This document shows, in pieces, positions 52,611 through 62,968 of a stretch of DNA of 64,000 nucleotides. The translations under genes and the position numbers were made by a program. Within the stretch, counting starts at the first letter, position 1, and the number at the start of each line of letters is the position of its first letter. The notes under the pieces are model-generated. The model ran no database searches, was not told where the DNA came from, and was given only the letters and a program-made list of their open reading frames with translations. Source of the stretch: an uncultured Candidatus Rokubacteria bacterium (GTDB lineage: Bacteria > Methylomirabilota > Methylomirabilia > Rokubacteriales > DASRDR01); NCBI GenBank assembly GCA_963708025.1, contig CAVPSB010000034.1:96001-160000 (forward strand), read 5' to 3'.

Positions 52611-53480
52611 CTACTTCAGCCGGAAGAGTCGCTCCGCGTTCGCGTGGGCGATCCGGTCGGCGACGTCCGGGGGCAGCTCGCCGAGGACGCGCCGGGTCCA
52701 GCGCATCAGGCGGTCGAGCATCTCCGGCTTGAAGAGCTGGGGCGCCCACACGTCAATGCCCATCAGGAGGCGGTCGGCATGCTCGGTCAGGAGGGCCTTC
52801 CACTCCGGCTTGAGCGGCCCGGTCTCGGTCGCCAGCGCCGGGGTGCGGAGGAAGTGCATCCCGGAGAGGTCGACCCGGAGGTTCGGGTGCCGAGCCAGCA
52901 GGCCAGCCACCGCCGGCGGCTCGCCGCTGCCGGCGTGGGCCAGCACGATCGTCGCCTGGGGGTTGTGAGCGAGGGCGCGCTCCAGTTCGGCCGCCGTCTC
53001 CGGGATCAGCTCGTCGTGGATCACCAGGGGGGCGCCGTGGCGGGTGCAGACGTCGAGCACGGCGAGGACCGGGGCCGCGTCGGCGGCCCGGCGGATCTTG
53101 CGCGAGGCCTGGTGGATGTGCACCTCGCCCGCGCCCTTGAAGCGCCCGGTCGCCAGGAGCGCGTCGAGCCGCTTGGCGGCGTCCGCCGCGGTCGGGTCGG
53201 GGACGGGGGCGACCGCGATGACGCGGTCCGGGAATCGGCGGGCGGCGGTCTCGATCCAGGCCTGGTCGTCCTTCTGCACGCCGCCCACTCCCATCAGCCC
53301 GACGCGCGCGATCTTGTGGCGGTCCATCGCGGCGACGAGCGGGTCGAGGGCCTGGAGGCTCGGCAGGTGGGAGTGGGCGTCGATGAGCGGCCCCGCGTAC
53401 GGCTCGGCGGCCGCCGCCGGCCGGCGCCCGAAGAGCCCCAGCGTCAGCGCGAGAGCGGCGAGGGCGAGCCGACGCTCCAC
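52611..53480 (-). CDS. Exported amidohydrolase_2-family protein
   Basis: Signal peptide; IDAHSH, GEVH, LAHAG, VDLS, MGID, NAERLF. Confidence 0.85.
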   Translation of the reverse strand: MERRLALAALALTLGLFGRRPAAAAEPYAGPLIDAHSHLPSLQALDPLVAAMDRHKIARVGLMGVGGVQKDDQAWIETAARRFPDRVIAVAPVPDPTAADAAKRLDALLATGRFKGAGEVHIHQASRKIRRAADAAPVLAVLDVCTRHGAPLVIHDELIPETAAELERALAHNPQATIVLAHAGSGEPPAVAGLLARHPNLRVDLSGMHFLRTPALATETGPLKPEWKALLTEHADRLLMGIDVWAPQLFKPEMLDRLMRWTRRVLGELPPDVADRIAHANAERLFRLK

Positions 53481-53486
53481 GAGCCG

Positions 53487-53515
53487 AGCCTAGCCGACGG
53501 CCGGCGGGCTGTCAA
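53487..53515 (-). promoter_or_regulatory. sigma70-type promoter, probably leaderless transcript
   Basis: TTGACA (53515-53510), 17 nt, TAGGCT (53492-53487); expected start site coincides with GTG at 53480. Confidence 0.6.
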
Positions 53516-53589
53516 ACGGCGCGCCGGGCGGGGCCGAGGCTTTGGGATTCGGTGAGGCGGCATCTATACTGCCAGTAGGGGATTTGCGC

Positions 53590-54759
53590 ATGGACTTTGC
53601 CCTCACCGAGCCCCAGGAGCTGATCCGGAAAGAGGTCGGCGCGCTCGCCCGCGGCTTCGGGTGGGAGTACTGGCGCGAGAAGGACCGGAAGGCCGAGTAC
53701 CCCACGGAGTTCGTGCAGGCCTTCGCCCGGGCCGGCTGGCTCGGCCTCGCGATTCCCGAGGCCTACGGGGGCGCCGGCCTCGGCGTCGTCGAGGCCGTGC
53801 TCATGCTGGAGGCGATCTGCGCGTCGGGGGCGGGGCTCTCCGGCGCCTCGCCGATCCACTTCGCGGTCTTCCCGCCGATGCCGATCATCAAGCACGGGAG
53901 CGAGGACCTCCGCCGGCGGATCCTGCCCGGGATCGCGGACGGGAGCCTGAGCCTGGCGTTCGGTGTCACCGAGCCGGATGCCGGGACCGACACCAGCCGG
54001 ATCCAGACGACGGCCCGGCGCGACGGCGCCGGCTGGGTCGTCACCGGGCGCAAGGTCTGGACCTCGAACGCGCGCCACTCGGCGAAGTTCCTGCTGCTGG
54101 CCCGCACCACGCCGTACGACGAGGTCGGATCCCGCAAGCTCGAGGGCCTGACCCTGTTCGTCGCCGACCTCGACCCGGCCGCCGTGACGCTCCGGGAGAT
54201 CGACAAGCTGGGCCGCGCCGCCGTGGACTCGAACGAGGTCGTCATCGACGGCCTGCGGGTGACCGACGCGGACGTGGTGGGCGAGGTGGGTCGCGGCTTC
54301 TACCACCTGCTCGACTCCCTCAACCCGGAGCGGATCCTGGTGGCCGCCGAGGCCGTCGGGATCGGCCGCGCCGCGCTGGAGCGCGCCGCGGAGTACGCGC
54401 GGGAGCGGATCGTGTTCGGGCGGCCGATCGGGCAGAACCAGGCGATCGCCCACCCGCTGGCGGCGGCCTGGGCGCGCCTCGAGGCCGGCTGGGCCCTGAC
54501 CCTGCGGGCGGCGTGGCTCTTCGATCGCGGGCTCCCGTGCGGCGCCGAGGCGAACGCGGCCAAGCTCGTCACCGCCGAGGCCGGCTTCGAGGCGTGCGAC
54601 GCCGCGCTCCAGACCTTCGGCGGCTTCGGGTACGCCAAGGAGTTCCACATCGAGCGGCTCTGGCGGGAGGTCCGGCTCTACAAGATCGCGCCAGTCCCCC
54701 AGCAGATGGCGCTGAACTACCTGGCCGAGCGGGTCCTGGGCCTCCCGAAGTCCTACTGA
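53590..54759 (+). CDS. Acyl-CoA dehydrogenase
   Basis: IPEAYGGAG, FGVTEPDAGTD, GRKVWTS, RIVFGRPIGQNQAI, QTFGGFGY. Confidence 0.93.
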   Translation: MDFALTEPQELIRKEVGALARGFGWEYWREKDRKAEYPTEFVQAFARAGWLGLAIPEAYGGAGLGVVEAVLMLEAICASGAGLSGASPIHFAVFPPMPIIKHGSEDLRRRILPGIADGSLSLAFGVTEPDAGTDTSRIQTTARRDGAGWVVTGRKVWTSNARHSAKFLLLARTTPYDEVGSRKLEGLTLFVADLDPAAVTLREIDKLGRAAVDSNEVVIDGLRVTDADVVGEVGRGFYHLLDSLNPERILVAAEAVGIGRAALERAAEYARERIVFGRPIGQNQAIAHPLAAAWARLEAGWALTLRAAWLFDRGLPCGAEANAAKLVTAEAGFEACDAALQTFGGFGYAKEFHIERLWREVRLYKIAPVPQQMALNYLAERVLGLPKSY

Positions 54760-54783
54760 GCGGAGCCCGTCTAAGCCGGTACA

Positions 54784-57351
54784 TGCCGCCTCACTCGCTG
54801 GATCCGCAGCCACCGTGTCCTCGCCGCCTTCGCGGCCGGCGTGCTGCTGACCCTCGTGGCGCTGGCGGCGGCCGGCTACTACGTCCTGTCCGACCAGCGA
54901 CGGTCGGCTCGCGTGCTTGCCGGCGCCCTCTCCCAGGCGCTGGCCCGCGAGGTGCGCATCGACCGGGTGACGGATCTCGGGACGGACCGGGTCGTCATGC
55001 GGGGAGTGGAGCTGCCGCGCACGGGCGGCTGGCCGGCCACGATCGTGGCCGAGCGGGTCGAGGCGACCGGCCCCCTGCTGGCGGCGGCGCGCGGAGACGC
55101 GGCGCCCGTCCGGCTGGCCGTGACCCGTCCGACGGTCGACCTCGGGGTCGGGGGCGGTGGCGGCCTGGCGGGGCTCGAGGGGCTGCCGGAGACCCTCAAG
55201 GGCTTCCTGTCGAGCTCGCTGCTGCTCGATCGTCCGCCTGACCGGGGGAACGGCCCGGCACGCCGGCGGCGCCGCCGGGTTCGACCTCACCCTGCTCAAG
55301 GGGCCGGGCGAGGTGCGCGGCGAGCTGACGCTACACGAGGCCAACGCTCCGCCGCTCACGCTGCGGCTGGAGGCCCACCTCGCCGGCGACACTCCGCAGC
55401 TCGCGCTCACCGGCACGGGCGGCCTCGCGCCGGTCGCCGCGCTGGCTGCCCGCCGGGGCGGCGGCGAGCGGTCCGCGATCGGACGCTCGAGCTGCAGCTC
55501 GACGTGGATCTCGGCGCGAAGGACCGACTCACCGCCCGGGGTCGGGCCCGCGTCGGCGACGCGCTCGCGGCCGAGGGCTCGGCCACGCTCGTCCGGGGGA
55601 CTCTCGAGGTCGCGCTGCCGCAGGCCACCGTGGACCTCGGCTTCGCCGCGGCGGCCACCGGTCTCGGCGGTGGCGCGACCGGGCGGGCCGAGCTGAGCGA
55701 GGTGACCGCGACCTGGCGGCCCGAGGCGGGCATCCGGCCCACGCTGCGGGCGCGGCTCCGGCTGCCCGAGCTGGCCGTGCCGGCGACGACCGCCGGCATC
55801 GACGTCGCCGCCGCCGAGCTCGACGGCCGCGTCCTGGTCGAGCCGGTCGGCGCGGGGCTCGCCCTCTCGGGGGAGGCGCGCGTGGCGCGACTCCGCGCGG
55901 CGGGCTTCGAGGTGGCCCCGGTCGAGACGCGGTACCGGGTGGCGCTGGATGACCGGGGGAGCGTGACCCGCGCCGAGCTGGACGGGCTCCAGGGGCGCCT
56001 CCAGGGTGCGGCCCTGGCAGGCCAGGTCGTCTACGACGCCGTCGCCCGGCGGCTCGAGGCGCGGCTCGACGGCGATCAGGTGGAAGCGGGCGAGATCGCG
56101 CGGCGACTGGCCCCCGGGTGGCTCGGACCCGCCGACCGGCTGCGGCTCACCGGCCTGCGGCTGACCGCGACCGGGCTCGAGCCCCGGGAGCTCCAGGAGG
56201 GGACCGTACGGCTCGAGGCCCGCGGTTTCCGCCTCGATCGGCCGGACGGCCAGCTCACCGGGGGCGCGCTGGGCGCCCGCGCCGAGCTGGTCCGGGACGG
56301 CGTGAGCCTCGCGATCGACGCCGAGCGCGTCGTCTCCACGCTGCCGGCCCTCGTCGCCGACGTTCCGCGCCTGGCTGTCTCGGGGCAGCTGACGCGACGC
56401 GGCGATGCCCGGCTCGGCCCCGAGCGCGGCGCGCTCACCGCCCGCGACCGCGAGGGTCGCGAGTTGATCGTGGCCAGCCTGGCGCCGGCCGCCGTCGCCG
56501 GCCGGCTCCGGCTGACGGCGCGGGCGCCTGCGCTGGAGCGCCTCGACGGGTTCTGGCCGGCGATTCCCCGGCGCCTGACGGGATCGGCGCGGCTCGAGGT
56601 CGACCTCGCCGGCCCCGACTTCCAGACCGGGGAGGGCGGCCTCGCGCTGGCGGTTCCCGAGGGGGAGCTGTGGAACGGCCAGGTGTCGATCCGGGACCTG
56701 ACGGCTGACGTGCCGCTGCGGCGCGGTGAGAGCGGGGGGGAGCCGCCGTGGGGACAGCTCGCGTTCGGCGAGCTGATCGCCTACGGCGTGGTGGTCCGGG
56801 ACCTCACGACCCCCGCCCGCCTCTGGCACGATCGGCTGAGCTTGAACGATCTCACGTACGCTCTGTACTCTGGGACCGGCAAGGGCTGGGGGGAGGTCGA
56901 GCTGCAGCCGGCCGGCGTGTCGCTGAAGGGCCAGCTCACCGGTGACCGGGTCCGGATCGAGGAGTTCATGACGGCCTACGGGGTCCGGGGCGGCACGATG
57001 ACGGGACTCTTGAAGTACCAGCTCGACTACCAGTACCGGGCCGGGCGCCTGGCGCTGAACGGCCGCTTCGAGGTGCCCGAGGGCGGCGTGGTGAGCATCG
57101 AGCTGCTGAACCGGATCCTCGGCTACGCGGAATCCGACCCCAGCGGCGTGACCCGGAGCGCGCTGGAGAACCTCCGCCAGTTCGACTACAAGCGCGCCGA
57201 GGCGCAGGTCCGGTCCACGGGCGACGACATCCTGCTCAGCCTGTCCCTGCAGGGTCGGGAGCGGTTCCTGATCTTTCCCGCGAAGGTCCAGGAGATCAAC
57301 GTCCGGAGCATGCCGCTGTCGTTCCTGGCGCGGCAGTTTCCGGGAAGCTGA
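54784..57351 (+). CDS. YdbH/AsmA-like beta-taco protein (frameshifted; start approximate)
   Basis: N-terminal TM, long beta-rich body, C-terminal ALENLRQFDY..LSLQG..IN typical of YdbH; precedes YnbE/YdbL-like gene. Confidence 0.65.
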   Translation, partial: CRLTRWIRSHRVLAAFAAGVLLTLVALAAAGYYVLSDQRRSARVLAGALSQALAREVRIDRVTDLGTDRVVMRGVELPRTGGWPATIVAERVEATGPLLAAARGDAAPVRLAVTRPTVDLGVGGGGGLAGLEGLPETLKGFLSSSLLLDRPPDRGNGPARRRRRRVRPHPAQGAGRGARRADATRGQRSAAHAAAGGPPRRRHSAARAHRHGRPRAGRRAGCPPGRRRAVRDRTLELQLDVDLGAKDRLTARGRARVGDALAAEGSATLVRGTLEVALPQATVDLGFAAAATGLGGGATGRAELSEVTATWRPEAGIRPTLRARLRLPELAVPATTAGIDVAAAELDGRVLVEPVGAGLALSGEARVARLRAAGFEVAPVETRYRVALDDRGSVTRAELDGLQGRLQGAALAGQVVYDAVARRLEARLDGDQVEAGEIARRLAPGWLGPADRLRLTGLRLTATGLEPRELQEGTVRLEARGFRLDRPDGQLTGGALGARAELVRDGVSLAIDAERVVSTLPALVADVPRLAVSGQLTRRGDARLGPERGALTARDREGRELIVASLAPAAVAGRLRLTARAPALERLDGFWPAIPRRLTGSARLEVDLAGPDFQTGEGGLALAVPEGELWNGQVSIRDLTADVPLRRGESGGEPPWGQLAFGELIAYGVVVRDLTTPARLWHDRLSLNDLTYALYSGTGKGWGEVELQPAGVSLKGQLTGDRVRIEEFMTAYGVRGGTMTGLLKYQLDYQYRAGRLALNGRFEVPEGGVVSIELLNRILGYAESDPSGVTRSALENLRQFDYKRAEAQVRSTGDDILLSLSLQGRERFLIFPAKVQEINVRSMPLSFLARQFPGS

Positions 57352-57369
57352 CAACGAGGAGGACGACTC

Positions 57370-57979
57370 ATGCCGGGAATTCGCTCATTGCCGTGGCTCG
57401 CGTTGCTCGGTCTGGCTTGCATCGTCGGGGCTTGCGTGCCGGTGACGGTGAACATCAGCTTCCCACAGGACAGGCTCGACGACGCGGCCCGGCAGATCGA
57501 GAATCAGGTCCGAAGCCCGGAGAACCCGAAGCCGGCCCCCGACCCGACGAAGCCGCAGAGCTCGCTGAGCGATCTCCTGCTGGCGATGCTCGGGCCGCGG
57601 GAGGCGGAGGCGCAGGGCCGGACCATCGTCGTCGCCCAGGAGCCGCGGACCGACAGCCCTGAAATCCAGCGGGCAAACACCGCGCGGAGCGCGCGCGTCG
57701 GCCAGCATCGACCAGTGGAAGGCCCGGGGCTGCATCGGCGAGACGAACCAGGGCTTGCTCGAGACGCGACCGGGCGCAGGGCTGCGGCGGCGAGGCGGCC
57801 TCGCTGGTCGGCGCCGAGAACGCGGATCGCCAGCTCATCTGGATGCGTTCATGCGACAGAACCGCATGCCGGCGAGCGACACCCCCCGGGTGCGCGAGGC
57901 GTTCGCGAAGGCCAACCGCGAGAAGGCAAGGCCGGGGGAGTGGGTGCAGCAGCCCAACGGCCAGTGGGCCCGCAAGTGA
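57370..57979 (+). CDS. YnbE-like lipoprotein with YdbL (DUF1318)-like C-terminus, frameshifted
   Basis: Lipobox VGAC-VPVTVNISFP; later GCIGETNQGLL, AENADR, FAKANREKARPGEWVQQPNGQWARK. Confidence 0.75.
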
Positions 57980-58139
57980 CGCCATGCCGATAACCGTCGC
58001 CATCTTCATCTCGGCCGTGACCCGCTCGGCCTGCGGCCTCGCGTCCGTCCCGGCCTATGGTCGTCCTCGGTCGTCAACCCCCTGCGTCCTGGCGCTGCTC
58101 GGCTCTCGGCCCGGCTAGTTGGCGCAGGGGCGGCGACTG

Positions 58140-58834
58140 ATGAAAATCCGGGCGGTCTTTCTGGATGCCGGGAACACGATTGTCAGCCTGGATTACGAGG
58201 TCATTGCCGAGCGGATCCGGGCGGATGGGCACCGGGTCGCCGCCGACCAGGTGCGCCGGGCCGAGCAGCGGGCGCGGGTGCGGCTGGATCCCCACCTGGG
58301 CGGCCACTCGACGGAGACGCCTCGACACCTTCCGGCTCTACCTCCGCTACACGCTGGAGGGGCTCGGCATCCCCTGGGACGCGGCGGCCGATCGGATCGC
58401 CGGCGATCTGAGGTCCGCCAAGCCGCCCTACGGCCTCTGGTCCACGCTGGTCCCCGAGGCCCCGGCCGTGCTCGCCGGAGCTCCGCCGCCGGGGGCTGCG
58501 CCTGGCGGTGGTCTCGAACTCGAACGGCACCGTGGCCGACATCCTCCGGCTGGTCGGCCTGGCCGGATACCTCGACGCGGTCATGGACTCGGGAGTGATC
58601 GGGGCCGAGAAGCCTCAGCCGAAGATCTTCATCGCCGCCGCGGCGGCCGTCGGCGTGCGGCCGGAGGAGGCCGTCCACATCGGCGATCTCTACTCGGTCA
58701 ACGTCGCGGGGGCCCGGGCCGCGGGGTGCGGGGCGATCCTGCTGGATCCGGCCGGCGCGTGGGGCGCCGTGGACTGCCCGACGGCGCCCGACCTGCCGGC
58801 CGCCGCCCGCCTCATCGAGTCCATCCGCTGGTGA
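58140..58834 (+). CDS. HAD-IA hydrolase, frameshifted
   Basis: AVFLDAGNT, VSNSNG, EKPQPKIF, HIGDLYSVNVAGA. Confidence 0.85.
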
Positions 58835-58878
58835 AGATCCCAAGACACTGGACGCCGAGGGGTTGGGAGGGTGCGGCG

Positions 58879-60006
58879 ATGAGAAGGACGCTAGGGGGGG
58901 TCGCGTTGTCTCTCCTGGTCGGGTCTGTCGTGTCACCCGCCAAGGCATCAGTGCCGATCCCGGAATCCTACGGCCTCTACGCGATCGAACGCGACCAGCT
59001 CAGCGATGGAACGAAAGTCCCGGAGGCCGGATTCAGCCCTTCGGTCCAGTTTCTCTTCTTCAGCAAGACCGTGAGCATGGAAGGTCGGGATATTTTCCTT
59101 CAGCGAGCGGCATACGTGAGATACCACGTCGACGTCGGCGCCTGGGTCGTTCCGGATACCGGGCCGGTTCCCGTGAAGGAGGTGAGACCGGTAAAGGAGT
59201 GGAGTCAGCCGGCGGGGTCCGGGTTCCGGAGGCCGGCCTTTCTCGGCAAGGTGGAGCTCAGGGTGGAGCCGGTTCCCGGACAGGGCGAGATGATTCTCAT
59301 CGTACCGGCGGAGCCTCTGAAGCCCGGCGTGTACGTGCTGCAGGTCCAGCCTGGTACATGGTGGCGATTTGCCGTTGAGCGCTCGAAGCTTGTCGAGATG
59401 GAGCCGTGCCTGGACTTCTATCTCCCGATGTCTCTTGCGGGCGCCCAGTACGAGCCCTGCGCGCGATACGATGCTCTCGAGAGCTCGAGCGGGCCGGGAC
59501 GGCAAGCCAAGGCGCCGACACCGGATCCCAAGGCGCCGACATCCCCGGATCCCGCGCGCCCGTCGCCGGGTGCCGGCAAGCCAGCACCCGGCCCCGGTCA
59601 GACGACACTCGAGACGCTGACGCGGGACCTCGTGGACGCGAAGTCGTTTGCGGCAAAGGACAAGGTGTTCCCCGTCGCGTTCGATGCGGTGTGGACGACG
59701 GCGCTTCAGGTGTTCTCGGAGAAGGGCGATCCTCTCGAGGGCTTCGGCTCTGACAGGATTGCGACCGCCGATCGTGAACGGGGCGTTCTCATCACGCGAC
59801 CGTCGTTGCACTCGCGAATCCCGGGGACGTCGTTACAGCGCCAGTACGTGATTCTCATCGAGCGATTTGGTGACACATCCACTCGAGTGGGTGTCAAGGG
59901 CCTGTGTTACGACGTCCGCGGCTCGCGAACAATCACGCGATGGCCACCCGAGCGGTGCACCGATGTGTTCCTGGAGGAGCTCGCCAGGCGGCTGCCCGCC
60001 AACTAG
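58879..60006 (+). CDS. Exported two-domain hypothetical protein with Pro-rich linker
   Basis: GGGAGG RBS, signal peptide, KAPTPDPKAPTSPDP linker, C-terminal FDAVWTTAL..IATADRERGVLIT (BamC/DUF3568-like pattern). Confidence 0.7.
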   Translation: MRRTLGGVALSLLVGSVVSPAKASVPIPESYGLYAIERDQLSDGTKVPEAGFSPSVQFLFFSKTVSMEGRDIFLQRAAYVRYHVDVGAWVVPDTGPVPVKEVRPVKEWSQPAGSGFRRPAFLGKVELRVEPVPGQGEMILIVPAEPLKPGVYVLQVQPGTWWRFAVERSKLVEMEPCLDFYLPMSLAGAQYEPCARYDALESSSGPGRQAKAPTPDPKAPTSPDPARPSPGAGKPAPGPGQTTLETLTRDLVDAKSFAAKDKVFPVAFDAVWTTALQVFSEKGDPLEGFGSDRIATADRERGVLITRPSLHSRIPGTSLQRQYVILIERFGDTSTRVGVKGLCYDVRGSRTITRWPPERCTDVFLEELARRLPAN

Positions 60007-60072
60007 CCCCGATCGGCGATTCGTCGAATGACCGCGACCACGCGGGCCCCAGGTCCGGCGCCGCGCCTAGGG

Positions 60073-61170
60073 TTAGCGGGCGACGACGCGGTTCCGGCCG
60101 AGCCGCTTGGCCTCGGTGACCGCCTGCTCGGCGGCGCTCAGCAATTCCTCGGCCGACCCCGCATCACCCGGGATGGACGCGACCCCCAGGCTCGCGGTCA
60201 GCGGACCGTGGCGGAAGGCGTGGGACGCGATCGCGCACCGGATCCGCTCGGCGTAGGTGACCCCGCCCGCCTTCGGCGTGCTCGCCAGCACGATCCCGAA
60301 GTTGTCGCCGCCGTACCGGCTCACGACCGTAAAGCTCCGGGAGTGGCGCAGCAGCAGTCGGGCGACCTGGCGAAGCACCTCGTGGCCGGCGGCCGGCCCG
60401 AGCCGGTCGTAGACCGACTTGAAGTCGTCCAGGTCCAGGGCCACGACCGAGATCGGCTCGCCCGTCCGCACGTGACGCTGGCACTCCTCGCCGAGCCGCA
60501 CCCCGAGGTAGCGCCGGTTATAGGCCTCGGTGACGTCGTCCTTCAGCGCCAGGGCGTCGAGCCGCGCGTTGCGGATCGCCACCGCTGCCTGGGAGGCGAG
60601 CGTGCGCACCAGGGTCTCGTACTGAGGGTCGAACGCGATCACCTGGCCGTCCCGGTTGAGTGCGTTGATGAGCTGGATCACGCCCAGGATCCTCCCGGAC
60701 GGGTCCGGCAAGGGCACGACGAGGACCGACTGGGTCCGGTACTCGCACCGATTATCCACCCGCTTGTCGAAGGCGTAGGGTCGGTCGGCCGGGATCATGT
60801 GCGTGTCGTGGAGATTGAGGATGTCGCCCGTCAAGGCGACGTGGCCGGCGAGGCTGGGCTCGGTCAGCGTCAGGGGCTCGGCCTGCAGCATCTGCTTCAT
60901 CGCGTCCCCGCCGAGTCGGCGGGCCAGTCGGTCGTTCTGGACGACCGCGAAGTGGAGCAGGTCGCCCTCGAGAAGGTACAGGGTTCCCGCCTCGGCCGAG
61001 GTGAACCAGCGGGCTTCCGTGAGCACGCGGTCGAGGAGGGTGGGAAGATCGGTCTCCTGGGTCAGGGCGAGACCGATCCGCACCAGATCCTGATAGGCCC
61101 TGCTCAGGTCCTGTACAGGAGGCATAGGGGTGCCCGACCGTGATGCGATCGCCGTGCCAATATTCGTCAT
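60073..61170 (-). CDS. GAF plus degenerate GGDEF protein
   Basis: GAF (AEAGTLYL, YRTQSVLVVP, QLINA); DLDDFK, RYGGDNF, TASLGVA, AKRLGRNRV. Confidence 0.88.
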   Translation of the reverse strand: MTNIGTAIASRSGTPMPPVQDLSRAYQDLVRIGLALTQETDLPTLLDRVLTEARWFTSAEAGTLYLLEGDLLHFAVVQNDRLARRLGGDAMKQMLQAEPLTLTEPSLAGHVALTGDILNLHDTHMIPADRPYAFDKRVDNRCEYRTQSVLVVPLPDPSGRILGVIQLINALNRDGQVIAFDPQYETLVRTLASQAAVAIRNARLDALALKDDVTEAYNRRYLGVRLGEECQRHVRTGEPISVVALDLDDFKSVYDRLGPAAGHEVLRQVARLLLRHSRSFTVVSRYGGDNFGIVLASTPKAGGVTYAERIRCAIASHAFRHGPLTASLGVASIPGDAGSAEELLSAAEQAVTEAKRLGRNRVVAR

Positions 61171-61274
61171 TGGGACGATTTTGATTTGATGACACGTAGA
61201 TCGAGTGAATGCGGCGAAGTGGGCCTGAGAAAGAACTGGCCCATTCTAGAGCGTCCTGATCAGGTTCTGATCAC

Positions 61275-62045
61275 CTACCGAGGTGGGGCCATGACTCCAT
61301 TGAGCGCGAGCCGGCCCCCGTCGGCGTAGATGGTGGTGCCGGTGACGTAGGAGGCGTCCTCCGAAGCCAGGAACACGGCCACCCGGGCGATCTCTTCCGG
61401 CTCGGCGATGCGGCCGAGCGGCGTCCGCATGAGGAAGCGGTCGATCATCCCCGGCATGCTGAAGAAGTTGGCGTTGATCGGCGTGTTCACGGTGCCCGGG
61501 CCGATGGCGTTGACGCGGATGCCGTGGGGCGCCAGCGCCACTGCCATCCCCTTCGTCAGCATTGCGATGCCGCCCTTGGTCGCCGCGTAGTGGACGAGCA
61601 CCGGGTGGGTGGCGACCGCGTTGATCGAGCTGATGTTGACGATCGCCCCCCGCCGGCCCGTCTCCACCATGTGTCGCGCCGCGGTCTGGCCGCACAGGAA
61701 GGTGCCCTTCAGGTTCACGCGAACCACCCGGTCGAACTCCTCCTCGGTGAGGTCCAGAAACGGGATCTCCGCCTGGACGGCCGCATTCGCCACCATGATG
61801 TCCAGCCCGCCAAACTTCCGGATGGTCTCGCCGGCCAGCGCCCGCACCTGCCCGGCGTCGCCCACGTCGGTCGGGACGGCATGGGCCCCGGCACCGAGGG
61901 CGGCCGCCTCTCGGCGGACCTCGTCGGCCAGCCAGTCAGCCAGGACGACCCGTGCGCCCTCGTTGACGAACGCTTGCGCGATGGCGAGCCCGATGCCGCG
62001 GGCGGCCCCCGTCACGACTGCCACCTTGCCCTGGAGCCGCATCAC
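61275..62045 (-). CDS. Short-chain dehydrogenase/reductase
   Basis: TGAARGIG, NISS, YAATK, IRVNAIGPG. Confidence 0.93.
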   Translation of the reverse strand: MMRLQGKVAVVTGAARGIGLAIAQAFVNEGARVVLADWLADEVRREAAALGAGAHAVPTDVGDAGQVRALAGETIRKFGGLDIMVANAAVQAEIPFLDLTEEEFDRVVRVNLKGTFLCGQTAARHMVETGRRGAIVNISSINAVATHPVLVHYAATKGGIAMLTKGMAVALAPHGIRVNAIGPGTVNTPINANFFSMPGMIDRFLMRTPLGRIAEPEEIARVAVFLASEDASYVTGTTIYADGGRLALNGVMAPPR

Positions 62046-62379
62046 CGACCCTCCCTGGTCTCACGACTGACCACGCCGACCGTGCACTGCTCAGCCCGTC
62101 AAAGGCGAAGCCGATTCTGGGCGATGCCCGGGGAAAAGACAAGTCGCCGGCGTCACGACAGTGACGGGACCGTATGCCTGGGCATCCTGTCGGGGAAGAC
62201 ACCAGGGCCGGGATGGTCGCCGGCGGATCGGAGCGACCCGAGGCTAACTGACGGCGAAGAAATGCGGGATCGTCGGTTTGCGAACACGCGCAGACGCGAT
62301 TGGCATCGTCGTCGCACTGAGGACGGCAGCGCTGGAGACATGTTCCGGCAACGGCCCTGGAACCAAAAGGAGGTCGGCG

Positions 62380-62610
62380 ATGTTCGGCTTCATGCTCGAT
62401 GAGACGGACAGCCCTGAGCGGGCGGGTCAGGCGGTGGCGTGCCGTTCGTGCCACATCCGGCTCGCGCCCCGCGCACCTCGCGTGGTGGACGGAGACACGT
62501 CGTACCACCGGGACTGCTTCGAGGCGGTGCACCGGAAGCGCACCGGGAAGCGCCCGACCCTGGTGTCCACCAGCCACGGCGATCGCTTCAGCTTCCGCCT
62601 GGCTGCCTGA
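62380..62610 (+). CDS. Small putative zinc-binding protein
   Basis: AAGGAGGT RBS; CRSC...YHRDC. Confidence 0.6.
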   Translation: MFGFMLDETDSPERAGQAVACRSCHIRLAPRAPRVVDGDTSYHRDCFEAVHRKRTGKRPTLVSTSHGDRFSFRLAA

Positions 62611-62743
62611 GAGCGACCTCGCCCATCGTAACCTCGCGGGCGACACCGTTCGCCCGCTTCCCGAGCCGGCGGGCCGGGCCGCCGACAGGCCGCCCGACTC
62701 GCCTGGCGATGACGAGATAACGGGGAGGGAAAGGAGTGACCAC

Positions 62744-62968
62744 GTGAATCGCGACACCCTGAAGGGGCAGTGGATGCAGATCAAGGGCAAGATCCGGGAG
62801 CAGTGGGGCAAGCTCACGGAAGACGACATCGACCAGATGCAGGGCAACGCCGAGCAGCTCATCGGGAAAATCCAGGAGCGCTATGGGCGGAGCCGCGAGC
62901 AGGCCGAGCAGGAAGTGAATCGCTGGCTCGGCCAGCAGGGCGGTGGCGTCGAGCGCAAGGCGTCCTAG
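62744..62968 (+). CDS. csbD: CsbD family stress protein
   Basis: AAGGAG RBS; KGQWMQIKGKIREQWGKLTEDD..GKIQERYG. Confidence 0.9.
   Translation: MNRDTLKGQWMQIKGKIREQWGKLTEDDIDQMQGNAEQLIGKIQERYGRSREQAEQEVNRWLGQQGGGVERKAS

Noticed and set aside
53512-57354. 1280-aa minus-strand ORF and similar long antisense ORFs (e.g. 2551-4362, 5134-7137, 44192-46108)
   Set aside because: Shadow frames of real genes in high-GC DNA; no recognisable motifs
58165-60006. 613-aa ORF suggesting a HAD-exported protein fusion
   Set aside because: Produced by frameshifts in the HAD gene; the downstream gene has its own RBS and signal peptide at 58879
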